This document shows positions 1-8,830 of a DNA stretch of 20,000 nucleotides, in pieces (positions within the stretch are counted from its first letter, which is position 1; every line of letters starts with the position of its first letter). A model generated the notes under the pieces. It saw only the letters and a program-made list of their open reading frames with translations. It was not told where the DNA came from and did not search any database. This DNA is from Folioceros fuciformis (lineage: Eukaryota), in the NCBI GenBank assembly GCA_049999805.1, contig JBNGIO010005800.1, positions 183,805-203,804 of the forward strand. Direction: 5' to 3'. The translations under genes were made by a program, and so were the position numbers.

Positions 1-150
1 AACCCGGATGAGATTGCTCTAGAGGACGAAAGCGAAGAGGAAGATGAGCCAAAGGTTGATGTGGCTGAAAAACCAGTTCCAGATGCCGTATATGGAGGTC
101 TGGCTCCGATGGGAGCTCTGGAACGGCTAAAGAGGCAAAGACTGCAATAA
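1..150 (+). CDS. SYF1: 3' end (partial) of pre-mRNA-splicing factor SYF1/XAB2
   Basis: Frame 1 reads NPDEIALEDESEEEDEPKVDVAEKPVPDAVYGGLAPMGALERLKRQRLQ* (TAA 148-150). This matches the recalled plant SYF1 C-terminus: N.(D/E)EI.L, acidic run, K.VP.AV(F/Y)GGL, GALER.KRQ. It is absent from the ORF track because there is no start codon in the window. Confidence 0.88.
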   Translation, partial: NPDEIALEDESEEEDEPKVDVAEKPVPDAVYGGLAPMGALERLKRQRLQ

Positions 151-904
151 AATTCCCCGTGTTCATAAGCGAGGAAATCAAGCTGTATTTTGGTTACCCT
201 GATTAAAGCAGAGCCTGCTTTGCATCCGTGCCGTGCACTTATTGCCTGTGCAACATGAGTAAGACCGGCGAAGACTTTGGTGGAGAGGAGAAAGACATGA
301 ATGATGTTTGACATGCTCTTGCCTTGTCCTTGCACGGCATGTCCCGAATGACGGGCCCAGGCATTGAATGGCTTGGGAGACTTCAGAATATGTTGAGTCA
401 GGATGACTGGGCCACCAGATATTGAGCACAGAGAAACATTGCTTGGGTGAGCTTGAAATGGGCAAACAACCGTGTGCGATAGTATTCAACAGCTCCTGGA
501 ATCTTCAAGCTTGTGTTCCACGGAAAGGTAATAGTTTATTGGGTCACAACTCACCGACCAAGACCCAACACTGGGCTCACGTCGGAGAAAACTTTGTGGA
601 GGTGTCTCAATTTCCTCTCCCAGTTGCCTCCGTGTGAACCACTCGAGTATGAAGCGGCCGAGTGGAAACTCCAGAGGTCATCTCGGGTAGAAGTTACAGG
701 GAGTAGTCGGAGGGCATTACAGAGTCATGCTGCTGTAGTTCGAGTCTGCGGGAACGGTCACATCTTGAGTCTCTCGGAAGAGAGCTTCGACGGTCTGAAT
801 TGTACTCTAGCTGGAAGTTTTCTTATGACGGGAATCAACTCCATCGTGTAGTATATTCAAGAAAGGGACTGACTTGATTGCGGGGATGGTATGCAACACA
901 CTTC

Positions 905-1730
905 TGTACCGTAGCAGCGCTGCTCTCAGCGTACCGCTCGTGTGCCACCAACCCCAGCGCACCGTGCCGTCGGTATTATCTCTTCGTTCCTGGAGACAAA
1001 CCGTGCTCTGGCAACTAGCTCTCTATTCACCACGTTTAGTGTTCGTCCGTCCCTTGTCCCAGTTCGTTTTGCCCGGGAGAGCGAGCGTTTTTAAAACTGA
1101 TCGGCATTGCAACCGGTTTAGTTGGGAGTGTATCACTGCGAGTTCACGTTTCCACAGGCCTGCGATGGGATCATCAGTCTGGCACACTGAGCAGAAAGTT
1201 TATCTGGCGAGCGCCCGTCTACGCAGGCCCGCGATGGGATTACCAGTGTGGCACACTGAGTAGAGGAGAGCTGACAGGGCGAGCGCTCGTTTCCGCAGGC
1301 GTGCGATGGGATCATTAGCGTGGCGCACTGATTGAGCAGAGGAGACCTCATCGCGCGAGCGCACGTTTCCGCTGGCCTGCGATGGGATCATCAGTGTGGC
1401 ACACTGGGCAGAGGAGAGCTCATCGGGCAAGCGCAGGTTTCCGCAAGCCTGCTACATCTACAATTAAACCCTAACAAGGAAGGGGAAGTAAGGCCCACAG
1501 CTGCACATAGCAATTATGTCTCAGGCTCAGGCACTCAGCAAGACGTCACCGTGGAGCTCGAACAGAGAAGCAGCGGTCGCAGGTGTGGTCCCCGGGAAGG
1601 GAGAGGGATGCCGGCCGCCTGACGCGTCGAGATGAGCATCAGGCTTGGTGCGACACGAGCGGTACGGCGAGCAGGCGCGTTAATAGGCGCCTTACAGCCT
1701 CTCATAGACATTTAGGCGACAGGTATGTAC
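905..1730. mobile_element. Putative non-autonomous DNA transposon (~820 bp), class unresolved
   Basis: Absent from the paralogous copy, where AAGAAAGGGACTGA (~4150-4163) is followed within ~35 nt by GAGAATGAAAGCCACCTAC. Here the same anchors (~859-872 and ~1738) are ~870 nt apart. TGTAC occurs at 905-909 and 1726-1730. An inverted repeat at 930-951 / 1645-1666 matches 20/22. It contains an internal tandem array and no transposase ORF. Confidence 0.7.
1138..1452. repeat. Tandem array of ~72-bp units (4 full + 1 partial)
   Basis: Units start at 1138, 1207, 1279, 1355 and 1427 (periods 69, 72, 76, 72). Consensus is approximately GCGAGCGCNCGTTTCCGCAGGCCTGCGATGGGATCATCAGTGTGGCACACTGAGCAGAGGAGAGCTCATCGG. 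Confidence 0.95.
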
Positions 1731-2871
1731 TTTGGGGGAGAATGAAAGCCACCTACCAGCCTCGTCTCCACTTCTGCAGTGCGTCTGGCACACATGTCAG
1801 TATCCCTCACAGCAAGAATCCTGCACCCGGACCGCCACCAGCACCGTCCTGAGGAGTGATTGTCCCCACGCTCGAGCGGCATCAAGAGTGACGAGAAACC
1901 AGTGACAGCCTCCCAGGCAGTACATATCGATGCAGCGCAGGACGGCCGTATCCATCACTGTTCATGATTCCTTGCTCTTGGCCCGCAGGTCATGTACACC
2001 TGCAGAGGCTGCAGGCAGCCAATACAAAATGCACATTGCCTTGCTCCTGTACAAATTGCAGAACGCACCCCCAGTACGTTCCATGCTGGCACAGGCGTCG
2101 CCTACTCACCCACACGAAGCACTGCAACGTGGACTGCCCGGGCCCAGCTGACGTCTGTGTCGTGGGCCTTGACGTCCCACGCCCCGCTACAGAGTCTGGA
2201 AGGCTGGACACCCAGGTCTTTCTCCTCCCAAACCGCGTGGTCCCGGCCCAGCGCCGTGACCGGATCTACCCTGGGCCTCGCTCAGCACGTCGTCGCTCCC
2301 TTTAAAGGCTTGACACCGCAGAACCCGGCCCTCGCCGCCGAGAACTCGGAACCCTTGTTCAACACCGTTCCTCCAGCAGCTATTTGTCCGCAATGGTCCT
2401 CATCCTTGAAGGGTCACGGTCTCAGTTATATGTACGTACTTTCAGTTAAATCTCATGGAGAACATCTGCCAGTCCTCGAGCAGAAGATTGTAGATGTACA
2501 TATGTTGGCAAGCAATGGGACAGAAATTCCTCCACTGGTTTAACAAAAGAGCAGCACATCTCCCTTGGAAAACAAGGGGGAACGGCTTGCATGTGGTGAA
2601 GACCAAGGCTCGGCCCGCTCTCTACAATGTTGGACGACTGCAAACAACCAAGCATGGAACCAACTTGATTTCATCCTGACAACTTCAGGTCGCCCCAGAA
2701 GATTTGTCGAAGGAATAAGTCAGCAAATGTTGTCGATGGGTCTTTCCTCTTTGGTTTTCGATATGGATGACGATGTTGCACAAGCCTTGTTACCCATAGT
2801 ATATGCTTCATATGATAAGGACAACAATAGATACTTCTGTGCTACTAGCTGACGAAGACACTCTAGAGAAG

Positions 2872-3380
2872 AGGGGAATGACGGCAATTTTCACAGCAAG
2901 AGACTATGTGGCCAGGTACCCCTCTTGCTGGTGAGACGTCAGAGTTTTGAGCAGCCTCTTGACTTGCGTTTTGTATACGGAAGAGACAGACGAGCTGTAG
3001 ACGGCCAGAATATGTTCGATGCAAGCCGACCGAGGGAAGTCGACAAGAGAAGAAGGCGTGGACACATGTAAGCACCCTGCTGTTCCTGAATGGAACATGT
3101 AGCTGTTGAGAGGGAGGTGGTGGCTATACAGTCTAGAGCAACCCATGCCAGACGGCCTGGAGAAGGAACTCGGGTGACGGGCTTTTGAGTTGTGGTGTAG
3201 AGGCGGGTGGCCAAGCTGAACAGTTGAAGGGGGTTGCAAACCGGGATGAGATTGTTCGCTGGAAGATGAGGTGGAGAGGAGGATGAGCCAAAGGTCGATG
3301 TTCCAGATGCTGTGTGTGGAGTGGAGGCCCAGGCTGGCTCCAATGGCAATTCTGGAACCTATAAAGAAAACGATTTCAAA
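2872..3380 (+). pseudogene. SYF1: Degenerate SYF1 3'-region copy (pseudogene fragment)
   Basis: 3239-3380 aligns with 1-150 (AACCGGGATGAGATT..GATGAGCCAAAGGTCGATG..TTCCAGATGC..GGCTCCAATGG..TCTGGAAC) with frameshifting indels. Upstream, 3171-3238 reads RVTGF/SCGVEAGGQAEQLKGVA (SYF1-like GFVSAGVE with a 1-nt deletion). Weaker GND..F..KR and VPE..AVERE remnants lie further 5'. Confidence 0.8.
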
Positions 3381-4860
3381 AAACATTTGTGTTGACTAGG
3401 CGAGGAGATCAGGCCTAGGCTATGCAATTGGTGTTGTATCTTTGCAGCCATGCCGTGCACGACTTGCCTGCCTGTGAAAATGGGGTGCACCAGCAGACTT
3501 GGTGAGAGTGGAGAAGAGTATATTTCGGATTCGACATGCTCTTGCGCTGTCCTTAGACGGCAGATCCGAGGAGAGGGGCCCAGGCCCAGGAAGTGTGGTG
3601 GTGGGATTCCTGAGAGTGAGTGAGTGAGGTTGGGGCGACTGAGAGTGAGTGAAGTTGGGGCGACCCCACCATGGTCTGGTTGGTGCAGCACACATTGAGC
3701 ACGGGGAAACTTTGATTGAGTGCGCTTGGTCCCGTTTCCCACGTGAAATTGGGCTAAGCAGTATCACAGTGGCTAACATTCCTGCGAACCCCCGAGGTCC
3801 TATTTCACGAACTGGTCTTTGATTATTGGCACCAACCGACGGGGCCCCAAGTATGCGGCAAATCTTTCGGGGTGTTTCAAATCCTTCTTCCCCTGGTGTT
3901 GCTTCTCTGCAGCTGAGTTTGAAGCGGAAGGAAGTCTTTACACTGGGCAGAAGTTGAGGAGAGCTTGTGCATCAACCGCCTGACATGGTGCTGCAGGTTG
4001 AGCTCGCGGTAGGAATGATCGTATGTCATCGGGAGAGTCTCTGGGAAGGGAGAATTAGAGGGTTTGAATTGTACTCCGACAGGAACAGTCTCAAGAGAAG
4101 GAAAGAGAGAGATGTACGTAAGCCATCAACTCCGGCGTGTAGTACATGTAAGAAAGGGACTGAAAAGCTGTAATCGTCTGTTACATACTTCTCTGTGAGA
4201 ATGAAAGCCACCTACAAGCCTCATCTCCATTTCTGTGGTGACGGCCCCTGGATCTGGCGCATATGTCAGTAATCCTACAAGGAACCATCCTGCACCAGCA
4301 CCCGCACCAGCACCGTCCTGAGAGAAGTGATTGTCCCACCGTCCACACGGGAGCAATTGTCAGGAGAAAACAGTACACAGTGGGCAGCAGCAGCACAAGC
4401 AGCAGCCTCGCAGGCCACCACTGTGGGCGCTGTTCACATCGACGGAGGTGCATGGGCGGCTTTATACATCACTCCACGTCTTATCAGAGACGATTCCCTC
4501 TTGCATCCCGTTGCTCGATTCCTGCCGCAGCCTATGTGCATCATCGTACATAACATGTGTGCATACCACTAGTGTCCACATTGCACAAAACACACCCCTG
4601 TGATCCATGCTGCTGCATGCGTCACCTACTCACCTAGCAACTCGGACTCCCAGAGCCCACCCTGACGTCACCGTACCCCAAGACACAAGCTCTGCTGCGG
4701 CGCGCGCACAGTGTCATCACAGCGCGCCGTTTCTGCTCTGTCCCTTGCCCTTGACGCCCCAGACCGCTGCTGCAAACCCTAGGCAAACTTTCTTGTCTCC
4801 CAAACCGCGTTGGCCGGAAACCTCGGCACGTCGCCGTACCCCCGTCTGGTCCACGACCGG
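3239..4860 (+). repeat. Diverged direct-orientation duplicate of 1-~2260 (lacking the 905-1730 insertion)
   Basis: Colinear matching blocks: ~220-340 vs ~3440-3562 (TGCCGTGCAC..GACATGCTCTTGC..TGTCCTT), ~835-872 vs ~4126-4163, ~1738-1870 vs ~4197-4340, ~2080-2260 vs ~4605-4860 (CCATGCTG..CCTACTCACC..CTCCCAAACCGCGT). Confidence 0.88.
3611..3666. repeat. Short tandem duplication with (GAGT)n microsatellite
   Basis: TGAGAGTGAGTGAGTGAGGTTGGGGCGAC is followed by TGAGAGTGAGTGAAGTTGGGGCGAC. Confidence 0.75.
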
Positions 4861-5770
4861 GACCCGGCCATGGCCGGAGCTGGGGTCAAGCTGCTTCCGG
4901 CAGCTTTCGATTTGCAGATCTTTCCGTCTTCTTTTTTCCCGCTTTGCCCCTACTTTTGTAGATTTTTTATCCGATGCCGTTTACTTTCCGGTATTCATTA
5001 CCTTCCGACTGCATGTGCCCGGCAGCCTGAACCCCCTCGATCAACCGTGCATCTGTCCAGAACGAAAACACGTTCCCGCACATGCATCGCCCTTGGTACA
5101 GAGAAGTTAAGGCCAAGGCGACTGCACCCGGGGTGACGACAGGACAAAACACCAAGCTATCCGGACAGCCTTGACACCCGCCAAAGAGCGGGAAAGAGCT
5201 CATCAGTCGACTGACCTACAGGATCCCGCCAACTTGCTGCACCATCCTTGTCGAGGCTTGCCCTAATCCGATCGTCCGCCCCGCCACCTCTGCCTCAAAA
5301 GTTCCAGCCAACTTGCCAAACCAATCTTGACGTCATCCTCTAGATATCAATTCCCTCCACACAGCATTGGCCACCGTTTTGCGTTCATTCTTGTGGCAGC
5401 AGGGCCCACGACTGTTAAATCTCCCCACGGGACTCCGGCCATGGCGGAACAGAACAATCCAGTAGATACATACATACAACCCTACCGCACCTCCGCCTTG
5501 TTCTGGATGCGTTTGGCTTCCTTGATCATTGCAGTACACACATTCCTCATATCTCATCGCAAAGCAGCATCCGAAAGAGCTTGCAAATCCATTGCATTTG
5601 CTTGATGTGCAGATTGCATCACAATTTCGGATCTCACATCCATTCTGATTGGCCACACTTTCCGTCTCGAACGCCTGCAGGCTCCATCGTGTCGAGATAT
5701 CCGCAGCCCGTCCACCTGCGGTGCTCGAACCGTCGCGTGCAAAAGATCTCGGGGAAAGCGGGGTAAGTGG

Positions 5771-5832
5771 AAACCCTAAAACGGGCACCTGCAGGCTGAG
5801 ATCCGCAAAACGGAACGGGATCACGTTGGGCC
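5771..5832. promoter_or_regulatory. Telo-box (AAACCCTAA, 5771-5779) near a site II motif (TGGGCC, 5827-5832)
   Basis: Both motifs are directly visible and their pairing is a known plant promoter module. No intact downstream gene was identified. Confidence 0.3.
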
Positions 5833-6487
5833 GCCTGACGCAAGTGGCCTACACGAAAAGGGGTGCTCTGCATCAATGTGTAATGTACATCTACATACTG
5901 TATCAAGCTCCAGGTTTCAGGCCGGAGCAATCCCGCTTAGCGACAAAACGTGTCAGTCAAGGCCCGGTTTTAGAAAAGGATGTTGGATGACTCCCAAAGT
6001 GACCTGCCCGCGCATGAACGGCACATTCGTGACCGCAAGCCGTCGGTTCCCGAGGCTGGCGTCTTTTATTGATAACTTAATACTTTCGATATAGAAAGTA
6101 TGAAAAATCTCGTGGAATATAGAAAATTCTATTCCAGGTTCATGTTGGGACGGCAGGGCAAGGCACGCCTCTGATCACAGGACACTTTCTACAGAAAGCG
6201 AGCTTTTTTATGTTTGGGTCTGTGCCTGACTCTGCGTCCCTGATCCTGCTCCAGACTCTCATTGCTCCCACTGCCGCCCCTGACCCTGTCCCTGGTCTGT
6301 TTTTTTGAAGACGATGCTGCTACGTTGGGGACCCCGCTTTTCTTCACAAATTCTCCTGGCTCTTGTTCAAGATTGGGCTATCCGAGAACTCACCATACAA
6401 CAGGCTCCCGCCCAGAGAGAAAGAGGGTTTCGAATATTGACCTACTCCGGACAAGGGAAACGACTCCATCCCTAATCTGAGTGAGGA

Positions 6488-7201
6488 TTAGACGTAAACA
6501 AATCCTCTGCTGATGAGGTCATCCATGTTAGGTCTCCAGTGCTTGAGCTGAGCAATGTGGTCTACATCCCACTCCTGCCTTGTCTTCAGCTGCCGGACTG
6601 GTTTGGGCGGAGTGACTGGGGGCTGCCAAGACCGGTAATTAGATTCCCCTCTTCTATGAAGCTCACGAAGCCTATCTATGGGTCCTTTGTTTTTGAGGTA
6701 ATACCACTTGGTGTGGTTCATGGCTTGGGAATACTTTTGCTTCAACGCCTCATCTTTGGCTTTCCTATCTATGTGGGAGTCTATATCCCAAGCTCCCCAT
6801 AACTCTTCCCTTGCAAAAAAGGAAGCAGCCCGCTTGTGTATTCTTGCTTTTCTTGTCAAGAAGATTAGTTTCTTATCTTCTCGAGGAAGTTTGGGGAAAT
6901 AGAAACATTGCAGTCCCCGATTCTCGGGAAGGAGAAACAAATCTTCCCTCTCGCAAGTGTTGAACACATACCCATGAGCATAGTGCCTACAAAACTTAGG
7001 TGGGCAAGGATCTATTCCGGGGTTCACCCATTTTCTCTCGTACCTGATCCCTAGAGGATCTAGAAGTGTTGTCTTGGCTATGTAGTCATGAGCTTCCTTT
7101 GCCTCCTTAGGAGGCGAGGGCATAGTATGTTCATAGAAAGGAAAATCAATTTGCCTTGTGTGATTTCGGCCAGGCCTACCTTTCCGAATAGCAGGATGCA
7201 T
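6488..7201 (-). CDS. Intronless orphan ORF, 237 aa, basic and aromatic-rich, unknown function (possible TE/viral cargo)
   Basis: Uninterrupted 714-nt frame with an A-rich ATG context (GAAAAATG). The composition is natural and non-low-complexity (K/R/E/W/Y rich) and it does not overlap another gene. No domain was recognised. Confidence 0.55.
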   Translation of the reverse strand: MHPAIRKGRPGRNHTRQIDFPFYEHTMPSPPKEAKEAHDYIAKTTLLDPLGIRYERKWVNPGIDPCPPKFCRHYAHGYVFNTCEREDLFLLPENRGLQCFYFPKLPREDKKLIFLTRKARIHKRAASFFAREELWGAWDIDSHIDRKAKDEALKQKYSQAMNHTKWYYLKNKGPIDRLRELHRRGESNYRSWQPPVTPPKPVRQLKTRQEWDVDHIAQLKHWRPNMDDLISRGFVYV

Positions 7202-7205
7202 TTTT

Positions 7206-7362
7206 CAAGTCTTTCACAATCCACTCACACACAAGAACAGATGAACATAGATTTGTATCAAGACATGCAGAACAATCTCTACCAAGTCTTTCACAATCCA
7301 CTCTCACACAAAGAAAGATGAACATAGATTTGTATCAAGACATGCAGAACAATCTCTATCAA
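7206..7362. repeat. Near-perfect 77-bp tandem duplication
   Basis: CAAGTCTTTCACAATCCACTC...GATGAACATAGATTTGTATCAAGACATGCAGAACAATCTCTA starts at 7206 and again at 7283 with only a few differences. Confidence 0.95.
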
Positions 7363-8599
7363 TGTTGCTCAAACATAGATACAACAATCATAAAACTGTT
7401 TTGACCATATTCTAAACAACTTCTTGAAACCTTTTCTTCTTTACTTTGATTTGATTTCTGCAACCTGTTGTTAGTCACCATGAGAATGTTGTGTCAACAC
7501 AAATCCAATTCATTCACACTCTTCTCATCAATCATACTATGTTACAATAGTAGGTGAGTGAAGCAACCTACTTGGATTGAAAATTCCTTCTTTGACTCCA
7601 AAAAATCATTAATATTATACAAGTTGAAAAAATTGTCTCTTATAAGCATATCTTTGTTCCTCTTTCAATCCAAAATCCACAACACATAACTCACTATCAA
7701 GAAATACACAATGCACATGATCTACATGGAACAAGATTGAAACATCTCATTTCATATTTTAGAATTGCGAAAGAAACAAAATTTAATACAATCATCTCAT
7801 CTCACATACTTAGAGTTCAAGAGGCAGTCCTTTGTTCTTGCCCTTTCAAGTTTTGAAGCACCAATGCGACTCTACAAAGAGTCACATTCGTACTTCAAAT
7901 CAGAATTTTAATTATTGTATATTTTTTAATTAATTTTATCCTAACATGGATTAGGTAGGGCGTGGTCTTTAGATAAAAAGACCTAAATATGCAGCATGAT
8001 TTCACAAGGTTTGAGACAGGAATCCAAAGGCCTTGCAAGTCTTGTTATCTTGGTTTAAGAGAAGTGATTTGTTGTTGTGTGCGTTTTGGGAGCGGTGTGG
8101 AGTAGTAGTAGTCTTGTGTTACGCAAACGATGCGGGGCCGCCTTCATTCCAGGATTTCAAAGTATAGGTGATGACCGCCAGAAGCTGAAGGTGGGTCAAT
8201 TGGGTTACCGCGGTATTCGATGTGAAGGATTCGTCAAAGTCCTGGCGAGTCGTGAGGAAAGTGAGGGAAAATGGGAGAGGAAGCGGGTCCCAGCTACAAC
8301 AGGGCCGGGTTGGGCGCGTGTTGGATGTTTGACTGGTGGCCAGGCCGTGTTAAGGAGGAGTAATGCAAGATTAAGAGGGATTGGAAGCTAATTGAGGTGG
8401 GAGCTTAGAGCCGGATAGGCGCAAGGGTACGGTTACAGGAATGAATGATGAGGGAAAATGAATATTTTGGAGGCAGAACGGATCAGATGCCGGACCGTCA
8501 GTTTTCCCCAATACAAGGCAGGCGGCCAGGCCTAGAAGAGCCCGCTCCCACTGACCCGCACCCTGGCCGCCTTGGGAACGTCTAAGTCTGCCTGGTTTG

Positions 8600-8830
8600 C
8601 GTCACTCCACAAACGGTTACCCTCTCTTCCCCCTCGTTTCTGCTGCCCTGCCTTGCCTTGCCTGGGCCTTGCCTGGGCGTTGCCTTGCTCGCTCGCTCGC
8701 TTTCACTTGCTCGCCTCCGCCCCCCTCCCTTTTTCTACCCGCGCCCTCTCCCTCTTCGTCCTGTCCTTTCCTGTCTGCCCGCCCTGCCTGCCAGGCCGCG
8801 GCGCTGCGCAAGCAAGCTCTGTCTCTTCTT
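8600..8830 (+). promoter_or_regulatory. Pyrimidine-rich (Y-patch) core promoter / start of 5' leader of the downstream 7TM gene
   Basis: CT-rich tract with (GCCTT)n and (CTCG)n microrepeats, followed by a GT-rich leader-like stretch. This is typical plant TSS composition, but the exact TSS is not determinable. Confidence 0.4.

Noticed and set aside
178..851. Short ORFs downstream of SYF1
   Set aside because: Mostly non-ATG starts, no recognisable domain, and frames are not preserved in the duplicate copy. They are likely 3' UTR/flank, though an ancient decayed gene cannot be fully excluded.
1138..1452. CRISPR-like or TIGR-like array (regular period, palindromic core)
   Set aside because: The segments between palindromes are homologous to one another rather than unique spacers, there are no cas/tas genes, and the context is eukaryotic.
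1466..1474. AAACCCTA(A) motifs (also ~4775, 5771, ~13076) as interstitial telomere
   Set aside because: They are single isolated units, consistent with telo-boxes or chance, not telomeric arrays.
874..1622. ORF-track entries with repeated peptides (874-1263, 1133-1351, 1200-1430, 1332-1622)
   Set aside because: They are by-products of the 72-bp DNA repeat. The 76-bp unit breaks frame and there are no transposase motifs.
5199..5206. Minus-strand CTGATGAG resembling a hammerhead ribozyme core
   Set aside because: No stem II followed by GAAA and no closing stems were found.
5991..8092. CTCCCAAA / TTTGGGAG as possible TIRs bounding the orphan-ORF island
   Set aside because: Only 8 bp, does not extend convincingly and has no flanking target duplication, so it is expected by chance.
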